This document shows positions 19,228 to 29,496 of a stretch of DNA of 64,000 bases, piece by piece. Position numbers and translations under genes: made by a program. Below the pieces are notes generated by a model that was not told the DNA's origin, searched no databases, and worked only from the letters and a program-made list of their open reading frames with translations. Origin of the DNA: a virus; IMG/VR virus record IMGVR_UViG_3300025009_000051, positions 64,001 to 128,000 of that record. One strand, 5' to 3'. Positions within the stretch are counted from its first letter, which is position 1. Every line of letters begins with the position of its first letter.

Positions 19228-21065
19228 GCAAAATATTTGATATAGATTTTAGAAAGGGCAGCTTGCAAGATAGTGTGAGTAGTGTATTGCCTACTATTAC
19301 CGGAACATTTAATATAGCTCAAAATACCAAAGGTAATTGTTTAAGATATGGGTCAACAAATATGTCATTAAATTATGGTCAGATTGTAAATTATGGTACT
19401 TCTGATTTTACGATTGTTTTATATCTACATACCGAAACGTCTGGAATATTATTTTCAAATGGTTATAATCCGGGATTAGCTTGTTACTATCATTCAGTTA
19501 ATAAAACTCTTTTATTCTACTTAAATTCGGGGGGTGCTACATACACAATACCTAATATTTTGAACAATAAAAATCACTGTGTTTTGTTTAAAAGACAATC
19601 AGACGAATTTTTCTATTCTATAAATGGTGCTTCATTTATATCTTTAGGAACAAGTATAAAAGATTTAACATCTCCAACAGATTTTAAATTGGGGACAAAT
19701 GTTGGATTTACATCAACAAGCATAGGTAATAAAATATATGGATTAAAAATAGAGAGTGTAGCTTATACAGAAAGTCAAAAAAATGAAGCATATGCAGACT
19801 TCCTAAAAGGCAAACCATTAGCAAAACCAAAGTCAAACTTCACATATCCTAAACCTATATCATTAAGTAATGAAACAGGATTGTTGGCTGCTTATAATAT
19901 GAAGATAAGCAATAAGAATCAGATATTGGATATTAGCGGAAATGGTAATCACTTAACAGCATATAACAGTCCAGCTTCAAGAAAAAATGGTGTTTTATTT
20001 AATGGTGTTAATAACTATGCAAGCAAGACAGGATTAAATATAGCTGATTGGACAATAACATTTAGATTTTTATATGTTGGAAATGTCGGGGCAGCATATC
20101 ATTATATTATAGGTATTCAGAGCAGTGTTGGGATATTTGTTGGCGGAAGTATTATTGGATATTGGGGGTTTTATGATGCTTCAACTGTTACATCAGTAAA
20201 TACTCAAATTGCTGGAACATATTATACAATTACCGTGACAAAGGTAGGTACTTTATATAATTTTTATAGAGACGGTGAATATCAAACATCGGCAACAAAA
20301 GTAAGTAGAAGTATAACCGATTTATATGTAGCTAAAAGAGATGCCGGGTATGGCAATACCAATTGCATTATAGAAGATATTAGAATCTACAACCGTGCAT
20401 TATCAATTAATGAAATAAAAGATTATCACAATCAATTTGCTAAGAGAGTTAATTTTAAGGAAGATTTTGATTATGAATTGGGGTTAAGTATTAAACCAAA
20501 AGGGTGGATTAAAGGAACGGGTGGATTCAAAATTGAAGAGTTGACAACAGATGATGCTGTATTGACACATTTGAAGAAAGGTAGTAAGATGCTTACTTGT
20601 ACAACAGCAGGTACTATATCGTTTCCGAGTAAGCAGGCATACGGAATTTGGGAGTTTGATATAAGTAAAACCCAAGGAAACGCTGGAATTGGAATAACAT
20701 TTATAAATAATAAAATTACCAATACTTCCAATAACGGTTATACCATTTATATAAATAGTTCAGAGCAGTTAGATTTTGGTAGATATTCAAGTGGAGTTTT
20801 TACAAGATTAGCTTTATCTACTTCAGCATATTTAGAAGATAATAAAATATATAGAGTAAAAATAACAAGAACTATAGCAGGAGTATTTACAATTTATATT
20901 AAAGGTGGAAATTATGGAAATGTATATCAATTAATGACAGTATCTTCTGGTAATAATCCATCAACCGACAATACGCACACTTCATCAATATATTGTGTTA
21001 TAGCAGGTAGTTATGCAGGAGATAAAATAGGCAGCATCAAATTTACCGAAGGAATTGAGGTTTAA
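19224..21065 (+). CDS. Multi-LamG/concanavalin A-like protein
   Basis: DFTIVLY, GLLAAYNM...ILDISGNGNH, IEDIRIYNRALSINEI motifs. Confidence 0.8.
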   Translation: MSKIFDIDFRKGSLQDSVSSVLPTITGTFNIAQNTKGNCLRYGSTNMSLNYGQIVNYGTSDFTIVLYLHTETSGILFSNGYNPGLACYYHSVNKTLLFYLNSGGATYTIPNILNNKNHCVLFKRQSDEFFYSINGASFISLGTSIKDLTSPTDFKLGTNVGFTSTSIGNKIYGLKIESVAYTESQKNEAYADFLKGKPLAKPKSNFTYPKPISLSNETGLLAAYNMKISNKNQILDISGNGNHLTAYNSPASRKNGVLFNGVNNYASKTGLNIADWTITFRFLYVGNVGAAYHYIIGIQSSVGIFVGGSIIGYWGFYDASTVTSVNTQIAGTYYTITVTKVGTLYNFYRDGEYQTSATKVSRSITDLYVAKRDAGYGNTNCIIEDIRIYNRALSINEIKDYHNQFAKRVNFKEDFDYELGLSIKPKGWIKGTGGFKIEELTTDDAVLTHLKKGSKMLTCTTAGTISFPSKQAYGIWEFDISKTQGNAGIGITFINNKITNTSNNGYTIYINSSEQLDFGRYSSGVFTRLALSTSAYLEDNKIYRVKITRTIAGVFTIYIKGGNYGNVYQLMTVSSGNNPSTDNTHTSSIYCVIAGSYAGDKIGSIKFTEGIEV

Positions 21066-21084
21066 AAAATAAATAAAAAACAAC

Positions 21085-21522
21085 ATGAAACATTTAAAAA
21101 AATTAATTTTTATGATAGTTGCAATATTACTATCAACGGTATTATTCCCAATCGGATTAATAACCAATCTAATTCAAATATATAGAGTAGGGCATTTCTT
21201 TACTTATCTATGGAAATTCCTTGTAGAACTCTATAAATTAGTAATGGACTTCTTCTTATGGGTAGCTCTATTCTTTGATAGACTTGGAAATGTAGTCATT
21301 GGAAATATAATGTTATTCAACTATGTTAGAAAAGAATATAGAGATAAAACATTATTCAATCAATCTGAAATTACAATCTCTTGTTCTTTAGGACATTGTT
21401 TAGAAAACAATTATTTAAGTGAAAGCGGAATAAGATTTGTAATGGTAATAGATTTTATATTAGGAAAGAATCATTGTAAAGATGCATATGAATGGCAAAA
21501 GAATATAGATCTGAAAAGATGA
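21085..21522 (+). CDS. Membrane protein
   Basis: Hydrophobic N-terminal helices; TISCSLG...GKNHC. Confidence 0.55.
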   Translation: MKHLKKLIFMIVAILLSTVLFPIGLITNLIQIYRVGHFFTYLWKFLVELYKLVMDFFLWVALFFDRLGNVVIGNIMLFNYVRKEYRDKTLFNQSEITISCSLGHCLENNYLSESGIRFVMVIDFILGKNHCKDAYEWQKNIDLKR

Positions 21523-22073
21523 AATATACAATTTACAAGACGATAAATTTAATTAATAACAAAATTTATATTGGTATGCATTTCACTGAAGATATAAATG
21601 ATGATTATTTAGGATCTGGAAAACATTTACAAAGAGCAATTAATAGATGTGGGAGAGAGAATTTCAAGAAAGAAGTGTTATTTATTTTTGATAATGAACA
21701 AGAAATGATCGAAAAAGAAATTGAACTGGTTAATGAAGATTTTATTAAACGAAACGACACATATAATTTGAAGATTGGTGGATTAGGTGGCGGAGGGAAA
21801 CATTCAGATAAATCAAAAAGAAAAATGAGTAAATCTCCTAAAGGTAAAATATTTTCAGATGAAACTAAACGGAAAATCAGTGAAGCTAATAAAGGTAAAA
21901 AATTATCAGATAAAACCAAAAGAAAAATGAGTAAATCAGCTAAAAATAGACCTCCAGTTTCAGATGAAACTAAAAGAAAAATAAGTTCAACAGAAAAAGG
22001 TAAAATAGTTTCAGATGAAACAAGGCAGAAAATGAGAGAAGCTTGGAAAATCAGAAAAATTAAATCTATATAA
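21519..22073 (+). CDS. GIY-YIG homing endonuclease with NUMOD3 repeats (start corrected to 21519)
   Basis: TIYKTINLINNKIYIGMH...YLGSG; repeated SDETKRKxS; ATGA overlap with the upstream stop. Confidence 0.85.
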   Translation: MKYTIYKTINLINNKIYIGMHFTEDINDDYLGSGKHLQRAINRCGRENFKKEVLFIFDNEQEMIEKEIELVNEDFIKRNDTYNLKIGGLGGGGKHSDKSKRKMSKSPKGKIFSDETKRKISEANKGKKLSDKTKRKMSKSAKNRPPVSDETKRKISSTEKGKIVSDETRQKMREAWKIRKIKSI

Positions 22074-22328
22074 AAATGAATAAGGTGCACCAGATCTATG
22101 TCGGAAGCACTGTTAAATTTACTTAATTCTACATATACAAAAAATGTCATTAATAGATCAGACGATAGTAATATAATTCAATATTTAGATAATAGTAATG
22201 TTCTTCAATATCAAGAAATAAGTTAAAAAAAATAATTATTAATTATATATTACATATGTGTAGGTTTTTTATAAAATTTATTTGTTTTTTTAAAAAAATT
22301 TTAATATATTTCTCAAAATTATTTAATC

Positions 22329-22964
22329 ATGCAAAATGATCCAATTATAAACATTCTAACAAGAACTGCAAGTAGACCAAATTATTTTAGACATTGCAGA
22401 GAAAGCATTTTAAATCAAACCTATTGTAATACTAATCATATATTAGGAATTGATGATATTAAAAGTTTAGATTATATTGATGAATATTATTATTCAAATG
22501 ATAATATTGTAAGATTAGACAGACAAACAAAACAAAATATAAATCACGCTCCTTATAATTTGTATCTTAATACCATGTTAAGAATTGTAAAAGATGGATG
22601 GGTGATTATATTAGATGACGATGATAAATTTATGAAAAATGATGCTTTAGAAATTCTTGTTCCATATATGAATAATGAAAGAAATTTATTATTGTGGAAA
22701 GTACAATTTCCTGGTTATACTATTCCTGGAGCCGCTTATTTTGGAATGAGACCAGTTAGTTGCAACATCAGTATGATTGGATTTTGTTTTCATATTAGTC
22801 AATTAAACAATACAAAATTTAATGATGCTCAAACCGGAGATTTCACATTTATAAATGAACTATATAATAAATTAAATCCTGTTTGGATTAATGACATTTT
22901 AACAGGATTGCAAAGAACAAATTCTGCAGGTGGATTTGGAAGTTTAATAGATTTACAAGAATAA
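22329..22964 (+). CDS. GT2-like glycosyltransferase
   Basis: NILTRT..RP, GWVIILDDDD. Confidence 0.75.
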   Translation: MQNDPIINILTRTASRPNYFRHCRESILNQTYCNTNHILGIDDIKSLDYIDEYYYSNDNIVRLDRQTKQNINHAPYNLYLNTMLRIVKDGWVIILDDDDKFMKNDALEILVPYMNNERNLLLWKVQFPGYTIPGAAYFGMRPVSCNISMIGFCFHISQLNNTKFNDAQTGDFTFINELYNKLNPVWINDILTGLQRTNSAGGFGSLIDLQE

Positions 22965-22977
22965 AAAAATATTTGTT

Positions 22978-23586
22978 ATGTCGATAAATGAAATACCAAA
23001 ATTTTGTATAAATTTAGAAGAGAGAAAAGATAGATGGAATTCTTTTCTTATTCAAAAAGATAACTATCCATTTTTATCTAATACAGAAAGATTTAATGCA
23101 ATAAAGCATGCAAGAGGAGCAGAAGGATGCAAATTGTCATATTTAACTTTGTTTGATCATTGCATTCAAAATAATATCAACGAAGTATTAATTTTAGAAG
23201 ATGATGTTTTATTTTTAAATGATGTAGAAAATACATTACAATTGGCAATAAACCAACTTCCAGAAAATTGGGATTTATTATATCTTGGTTTAAATACACA
23301 TAAAAAATTAGATAGATATTCTGATAATTTATTTAAAGTTAAAAGTTCTTTTGCGACCCATGCTATATTATATAATAATAGAAATAATGTAATGAATTAT
23401 ATAATAGAAAAAAAAGATTCTTGCCCAGTTATAGATGTATTTTATTCTAATGAAATTCAACCTAAATTTCAATGTTTTACCGTCTATCCAATTATAGCCA
23501 CTCAAAATAATTCTTATTCTGATATAGAAAAAAAAGTTATAAATATGAATTTTATTGTTGATCGATTTTATACCAATACACGATGA
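22978..23586 (+). CDS. GT25-like glycosyltransferase
   Basis: CINLEERKDRW, GCKLS, LILEDDV, WDLLYLG, ATHA. Confidence 0.8.
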   Translation: MSINEIPKFCINLEERKDRWNSFLIQKDNYPFLSNTERFNAIKHARGAEGCKLSYLTLFDHCIQNNINEVLILEDDVLFLNDVENTLQLAINQLPENWDLLYLGLNTHKKLDRYSDNLFKVKSSFATHAILYNNRNNVMNYIIEKKDSCPVIDVFYSNEIQPKFQCFTVYPIIATQNNSYSDIEKKVINMNFIVDRFYTNTR

Positions 23587-24365
23587 TAGGATGTAATTTA
23601 AAAGGCGGATTATGCAATATGATGTTTCAAATTGCAACATTAGAATATATTTCTAAAAATTACAATATACCTATAACCTACCCAAACACAGATATTAATT
23701 TAAGAGATATTTCAAATGCGTATGGAAACAATGCAATTGAATACAAAAATATGTTTAAGAATTTTCATTGGAACAATGTTTACATGCAAAATCAAAGAAC
23801 AAAACAATTCCCATTTGAATATTCAGAAGAAATAAAAATACCAATCGAGGATATATTTTATGATGGATTTTTTCAATCAGAAAAATATTTTAATTGTGAT
23901 AAAAATTTTGTATATAATCTGTTTGAACCTGCAGATTTCATAAAAGAAAAATTAAATAGTTTTAAAAAATTATTTAAAGATAAAACAACTTGTTCAATTC
24001 ATGTAAGAAGAGGAGATTATTTAAAATATCCAGATATTCATAATACCCAACCAATAGAATATTATTTAAAAGGAATGAATATAATACCAGTTGACAAATA
24101 CATTATATTCAGTGATGATATTAATTGGTGCAAAAATTATTTTATAGGAGAACAATTTGTGTTCATAGAAAATGAAAAAGATTATGTAGAATTATTTTTA
24201 ATGTCTGTTTGTAATCACAATATTATTTCAAATAGTTCTTTCGGATGGTGGGGAGCATATTTAAATCAAAACATAGAAAAAAAGGTGATAGGACCAATAA
24301 AATGGTTCGAAAACAATACTTATAATAATAAAGATATAATTCCAGAAGCATGGATTCAAATTTAA
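23583..24365 (+). CDS. GT11 alpha-1,2-fucosyltransferase family
   Basis: GGLCNMMFQ, SIHVRRGDY, IISNSSFGWWGAYL. Confidence 0.9.
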   Translation: MIGCNLKGGLCNMMFQIATLEYISKNYNIPITYPNTDINLRDISNAYGNNAIEYKNMFKNFHWNNVYMQNQRTKQFPFEYSEEIKIPIEDIFYDGFFQSEKYFNCDKNFVYNLFEPADFIKEKLNSFKKLFKDKTTCSIHVRRGDYLKYPDIHNTQPIEYYLKGMNIIPVDKYIIFSDDINWCKNYFIGEQFVFIENEKDYVELFLMSVCNHNIISNSSFGWWGAYLNQNIEKKVIGPIKWFENNTYNNKDIIPEAWIQI

Positions 24366-25237
24366 ATATAATACAATTAACAAAATCTAATTCTTTTGAT
24401 TATGATGATATATTTAAGAATTCTTATAATCTAATAAAAAAAAGAAATAAATTAGATTTAAATGTAATAATTCCAGTTCGTGGAAGAAAAGAATTTTTAA
24501 AACCGTTGCTGCATTATTTTATAGAAGCTAAAAAAAATACTTCAAAAAAAATATCATTCACAGTAGTTGAAGATTCACCAGGAAAAGAACATGAAGAAAC
24601 TTGTAAGGAATTTAAGGTAAATTATATTTGGTTAAAATCTAATAAAATATTTAATAAATGTTTAGCACATAATATTGGAGTTTTATTTTCATCTAAATCT
24701 AAATATTTAATGTTTCATGATTTAGATTGTTTGGTACAAAAAGATTTTTTTATAAATGTATTTGAAAATATAAAACAAAAAGAATTGATTGCAATACAAT
24801 GTTTTAATAAAAGAAGAGTATTATATTGCAATGAAAAATTGACTAATTCATTAATAGAATTAAAAACAAATATAAACGATGTCAATATTAATCATCCAGA
24901 TATAAATTTATTTGAAAATGGCAAAGCTCCTGGAGGATCGATTTTATTAAATCGAGAAACATTTTTTAATATTGGAGGATATGATCCAGAATTATTTAAT
25001 GGGTATTCTCCAGAAGATTCTTTCTTCTGGGAAAAGATTGAGACCCTAACCAAAATTGGCAGCTGTGATTCTCCAATTGTAGAAATATTTCATATGCATC
25101 ACCCCCCTTCATATTTTAGAAAGGATGAGGCATTAACTAAAATGCATAAAATAGATAGATTGTATAGAATATCAAAAATGGAAAATAAATTAGAAATTTT
25201 AAAATATAAATCAGATTTAATTAAAAAATATGAATAA
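24350..25237 (+). CDS. GT2/GT7-like galactosyltransferase-type glycosyltransferase
   Basis: VIIPVRGR, FNKCLAHNIG, MFHDLD, GGYD..F.GYSPED. Confidence 0.8.
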   Translation: MDSNLNIIQLTKSNSFDYDDIFKNSYNLIKKRNKLDLNVIIPVRGRKEFLKPLLHYFIEAKKNTSKKISFTVVEDSPGKEHEETCKEFKVNYIWLKSNKIFNKCLAHNIGVLFSSKSKYLMFHDLDCLVQKDFFINVFENIKQKELIAIQCFNKRRVLYCNEKLTNSLIELKTNINDVNINHPDINLFENGKAPGGSILLNRETFFNIGGYDPELFNGYSPEDSFFWEKIETLTKIGSCDSPIVEIFHMHHPPSYFRKDEALTKMHKIDRLYRISKMENKLEILKYKSDLIKKYE

Positions 25238-25847
25238 ATATTTTGATAAAGCATATTGTATTAATTTAAATAAAAGAATTGATAGATGGAACAAAGCTCA
25301 GCAAGAATTTAACAAATATAATTTAGTTGTTGAAAGATTTCCTGCAATTGAAGGAAATATTCAAAATTTAGAAACTGAAATACTACCTGGAAATATAGGA
25401 TGCGTAAACAGTCATTTAAATATAATAAAAAATGCTAGAAAAAATAATTATAAAAGTGTAGCTGTTTTTGAAGATGATGTCGAATTTAAAGAAGATGTTT
25501 TAGAAAAATTTGAAGAATATTATAAACAACTTCCAGAAAATTGGGATATGATTTATTTTGGGGGCAATCACAATGATAGAGAAGGAGAGAATACATTAAT
25601 TAAAATATCGGATAATATTTATAAAGTGACTAAAACTTATACCACGCATGCTTATATTATTAAAAACACCGTGTATGATGAGGTAATAAAATTATTTTCT
25701 AAATATGAACATGAAGTAGATGTATTATATTCTGAATTGCAATTGAAATTTAATTGTTATGTTTTCAGACCTCATTTGGCGTGGCAAAGAGCAGACTTTA
25801 GTGATATAATGAATACATATGCAGATTATACTTCAATATTAAAATAA
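25230..25847 (+). CDS. GT25-like glycosyltransferase (paralog of 22978)
   Basis: CINLNKRIDRW, GCVNSH, VFEDDV, WDMIYFGG, TTHAY. Confidence 0.85.
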   Translation: MNKYFDKAYCINLNKRIDRWNKAQQEFNKYNLVVERFPAIEGNIQNLETEILPGNIGCVNSHLNIIKNARKNNYKSVAVFEDDVEFKEDVLEKFEEYYKQLPENWDMIYFGGNHNDREGENTLIKISDNIYKVTKTYTTHAYIIKNTVYDEVIKLFSKYEHEVDVLYSELQLKFNCYVFRPHLAWQRADFSDIMNTYADYTSILK

Positions 25848-25854
25848 ATATATT

Positions 25855-26457
25855 ATGGATTTAATTCAATTAGAAAAATGGAAAGAAGATAATGGAGACC
25901 AAACTCATAGAATTCAATATGATCTAAATGAATTGTCTACTATAATTGATGTCGGAGGATATAAAGGAGAATGGACCAAATTAATGAGTTCTATTTATAA
26001 GTGCAACATATATACATTTGAGCCAGTTAAAAAGTTCTACGATGAAATGATAATTAATTTATACATGCATGAAAAAATTCATACTTTTAATTTTGGATTT
26101 TCACCTAAAACAGAATATAAAACAATTTATTTAGATGATGATTCTACGTCGTTGTTTGCTCCTTCAAGATATATAAATATTATTCAATTAATAGAATTTA
26201 AAGAATTCTTTATATCTAAGAATTTTCAAACAATAGATTTAATGAAAATTAACATTGAAGGAGAAGAATTTGATTTAATGGATCATATCATAGAAAATAA
26301 TTTACATTTAAAGATAAAAAACTTTCAAATTCAATTTCATGACTGGATGCCGCATGCCGAATATAGAAGACAACAAATATTAGATAAATTATTATTGACT
26401 CATTATCCTACATATCAATATAAATTTGTTTGGGAAAATTATAAATTAAAAGAATAA
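25855..26457 (+). CDS. FkbM-family SAM methyltransferase
   Basis: IIDVGGYKG, YTFEP, IDLMKINIEGEE. Confidence 0.85.
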   Translation: MDLIQLEKWKEDNGDQTHRIQYDLNELSTIIDVGGYKGEWTKLMSSIYKCNIYTFEPVKKFYDEMIINLYMHEKIHTFNFGFSPKTEYKTIYLDDDSTSLFAPSRYINIIQLIEFKEFFISKNFQTIDLMKINIEGEEFDLMDHIIENNLHLKIKNFQIQFHDWMPHAEYRRQQILDKLLLTHYPTYQYKFVWENYKLKE

Positions 26458-26461
26458 AAAA

Positions 26462-26878
26462 ATGGAAAAAATATATTCGAAGATAGAACCAAATAAATTA
26501 CTTCATATAATTTTTAGAAAAGAAGATTTTAAAAGTGGTAGAACAAATTTAATAGATGAAATGGAATTTATTCAATGTTCAGCCTTAAATTTGGTTATTG
26601 GAACAACCTTTAAGCCTCACAAACATATTGAAAGAAATATAACTTTCTCAAATCATATAGCACAAGAAAGTTGGTGTATAATACAAGGTTCAGTGAAATG
26701 TATTTTCTATGATTTAAATGATGAAATTTTAGAAACTCCAATATTAAATGCAGGAGATACATCATTTACGCTTCGCGGCGGCCATACCTATGAAATTTTG
26801 GAAGACGATACGTTAGTCATGGAATATAAAGTAGGGCCTTATTTCGGTCAACAATTAGATAAAATATTTATACAATAA
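26462..26878 (+). CDS. Cupin-fold protein (WbuC-like)
   Basis: PHKH...ESW.IIQG...GGHTYEILEDDTLVMEYKVGPY. Confidence 0.7.
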   Translation: MEKIYSKIEPNKLLHIIFRKEDFKSGRTNLIDEMEFIQCSALNLVIGTTFKPHKHIERNITFSNHIAQESWCIIQGSVKCIFYDLNDEILETPILNAGDTSFTLRGGHTYEILEDDTLVMEYKVGPYFGQQLDKIFIQ

Positions 26879-26881
26879 ACA

Positions 26882-27178
26882 ATGAAAGAAAAAATATTAG
26901 AATATATTAAAGAAAAATATGGAAATCCAATTACAAAAGTACATCAATCACATTGTATGTTTCCAGGTGAAGATTGCTCTTGTCGAAATGTAGAAGAAAT
27001 TACATATGATACCTCTTTAATTCATGGTGGATATGTAGATTCATTAAGTATGGTGCATGTATTAATAATGATTGAAACTCTTTTTAATATTGAAATTCCT
27101 GTAAAAGAATCAATACCAGAAAATTTTGATACTGTAAATAAGATGGTAGAATTGATAAATAGAATAAAAAATGGATAA
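26882..27178 (+). CDS. acpP: Acyl carrier protein
   Basis: GYVDSL phosphopantetheine site; IETLFNIEIP; F.TV..MVELI. Confidence 0.8.
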   Translation: MKEKILEYIKEKYGNPITKVHQSHCMFPGEDCSCRNVEEITYDTSLIHGGYVDSLSMVHVLIMIETLFNIEIPVKESIPENFDTVNKMVELINRIKNG

Positions 27179-28034
27179 ATTAAAAATAGTTATATATTCT
27201 ACATGCCAAGGCAGGGGGTTAGAAACATTTTTAATGCTCCATAAAAAATTTGTTAGTCAATATACGTTTGTGCAAACAATTTTAAATTATTCTTTTTTAC
27301 ATGAAAAAAAAATAATAATAGAAAATAATGTAATGCTTAATAATATAAAAAATGCTGATATTTTTATATATCAACCATTAGATGATATTTATGGTAAAAA
27401 TGCTACAAATTATGTAAAAACATTTTTAAAAGAAACTTGCATTGCAATATCTATACCTTATGTTTATAACACAAGTTTTTGGCCTCTAATAGTTGGAATA
27501 AAAGGAGACACGACAGACGATTGGTCTGCATTAGATAATTACAAGCATGTAATTGAAAACACTGATATATTAGATAATTTAATAAAACTTGGGCATTCTA
27601 AAGATACTATTTTAAATCTATATGATAATAATGAAATAAATTTTAATTATGATATTAGACATAGAGTTAATATGAATATTTTGAAAAATAAAGAAGAAAC
27701 GATAGATATAAAAATGCATGATTTTATTAATGATAATTTAAAAACAAAAAGATTATTTTTATATCATAGTCATCCTACTTCTTCTGTCTTTATTCATATG
27801 GCAAATCAAATTTTAAATATTCTTAATTTAGAACCTTTAGAAGAACATTCTAATATTGATTTAACAAATTTACAATCTGGAACTGTAATGCCAGGTATTT
27901 CTCCCGCTTTAATGGCATTCCCAAGCTCAGCTATTAGACATTTCGGTTTTGAATTTGAAACTCCACAATATGAAGCAATAGCAAATAATTTCTTTAGACA
28001 TACAATATTGACATATTTAAATAATAAAAGATGA
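27171..28034 (+). CDS. WcbI-like polysaccharide biosynthesis protein
   Basis: STCQG, ADIFIYQP, LFLYHSHPT motifs. Confidence 0.65.
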   Translation: MDKLKIVIYSTCQGRGLETFLMLHKKFVSQYTFVQTILNYSFLHEKKIIIENNVMLNNIKNADIFIYQPLDDIYGKNATNYVKTFLKETCIAISIPYVYNTSFWPLIVGIKGDTTDDWSALDNYKHVIENTDILDNLIKLGHSKDTILNLYDNNEINFNYDIRHRVNMNILKNKEETIDIKMHDFINDNLKTKRLFLYHSHPTSSVFIHMANQILNILNLEPLEEHSNIDLTNLQSGTVMPGISPALMAFPSSAIRHFGFEFETPQYEAIANNFFRHTILTYLNNKR

Positions 28035-28960
28035 ATTATACAAAAATAATAGGAACTGGTATTTGCCTACCAGAAGTTTATATAACTAATGACGATTTAA
28101 TAAATAAGTTTAAATTAGATACAACCAATGAATGGATTGTAGAAAATACTAATATTCGACAAAGATATATTTGTAAAGATGGAGAAACATCTACTTCTTT
28201 AGGTTGCACTGCCGTAAAACAAGCTATAGAAAATGCAAATTTAAAAAATGAAGATATTGATATGTTAATTGTAGCCACAACTTCTCCAGATAAAGTTTCT
28301 CCTTCTACAGCCTGTTTAATAAAAGATGAATTAAAATTAGAAAAGGCAATTGCATTTGATATTGCCGCAGTTTGTAGTGGATTTTTATTTGGTATGTCTG
28401 TCGCAGAAAAATATATATCTTCTGGAATGTGTAAAAATATAGTGGTTGTAGGTGTAGATAGGTTTTCAAAGATAACAGATTGGAATCATAAACATAGTAT
28501 CTTTTTTGGAGATGGAGCTGGAGCCGCAGTTTTATCACAATCTAAAACGAAGGGATTTCATGGTTTTACTTTATATTCTGAGAGTGAAAATAAAATTGGA
28601 TTTGAATGTGAATTTAATGAAACATATAAAATGAATACAAAGATGGTTTATGAAGCAGCAATCAAAACAATGCCAATTGCAATCGAAGATGTATTAAATA
28701 ATGAAAATATGAGTATCGATGATATAGATTATTTAATACCTCATCAACCAAGTATTAGAATATTAAAAGAAGTAGCAAAAAGAATAAATATGCCAGAAGA
28801 AAAAGTAATGATGAATATGGATAAATATGCTAATACAGTTTCTGGAACAATTCCTATTCTATTACATGAAACTTGGAGTAAATTAAAACCGGGAGACAAA
28901 ATATTATTTGCTGCTATTGGTTCGGGTTGGACTTATGGTGCGGCTTTATATGAATTTTAA
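28031..28960 (+). CDS. fabH: 3-oxoacyl-ACP synthase III
   Basis: Cys-His-Asn triad (AAVCSG, PHQPS, YANT), FGDGAGA, GSGWTYGA. Confidence 0.92.
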   Translation: MNYTKIIGTGICLPEVYITNDDLINKFKLDTTNEWIVENTNIRQRYICKDGETSTSLGCTAVKQAIENANLKNEDIDMLIVATTSPDKVSPSTACLIKDELKLEKAIAFDIAAVCSGFLFGMSVAEKYISSGMCKNIVVVGVDRFSKITDWNHKHSIFFGDGAGAAVLSQSKTKGFHGFTLYSESENKIGFECEFNETYKMNTKMVYEAAIKTMPIAIEDVLNNENMSIDDIDYLIPHQPSIRILKEVAKRINMPEEKVMMNMDKYANTVSGTIPILLHETWSKLKPGDKILFAAIGSGWTYGAALYEF

Positions 28961-28971
28961 ATAAATTTATT

Positions 28972-29496
28972 ATGAATTTTAAATCAATTGGAGAAGATGT
29001 AAGAATTGATCCAACAGCACAAATAACACGACCAGAATTGATAGAAATTGGTAATCATGTTTCCATTGATATGTGCGTTTATTTTTCTACAGGAGCAAAG
29101 ATAGGAGATTACATTCATATAGCCCCACAAGTCAGTATTATCGGTGGCGCAAAGTCGCGATTAATTATGGAAAATTTTAGTGCTATTGCAACCGGTTCAA
29201 GAATTATATGTGCAAGTGATGATTTCACTCAAGGTTTTCTTTGTCCATTTATTCCTATAGAATTTAGAAATGTAATTAATAAACCAATTACATTTAAAAA
29301 ATATTCTGCATTGGGAGTAAATTCAGTGGTAATGCCAGGAGTAACTCTTGCAGAAGGATCTGTTGTAGGTGCAAATTCAGTCTTAACTCAAGATACAGAA
29401 CCTTGGATGATTTATGTTGGTTCTCCTGCAAGGGCGATTAAAATGAGAGATTCAAAATTAATTTTAGAAGGAGCCAAAAAATTAGGATATGATTGA
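28972..29496 (+). CDS. Left-handed beta-helix (hexapeptide repeat) acyltransferase
   Basis: IGNHVSI...IGDYIHI...GVTLAEGSVVGANS...PWMIYVGSPA. Confidence 0.85.
   Translation: MNFKSIGEDVRIDPTAQITRPELIEIGNHVSIDMCVYFSTGAKIGDYIHIAPQVSIIGGAKSRLIMENFSAIATGSRIICASDDFTQGFLCPFIPIEFRNVINKPITFKKYSALGVNSVVMPGVTLAEGSVVGANSVLTQDTEPWMIYVGSPARAIKMRDSKLILEGAKKLGYD

Noticed and set aside
21605-22150. 181-aa minus-strand ORF
   Set aside because: Antisense shadow of the NUMOD3 repeats of the GIY-YIG gene.
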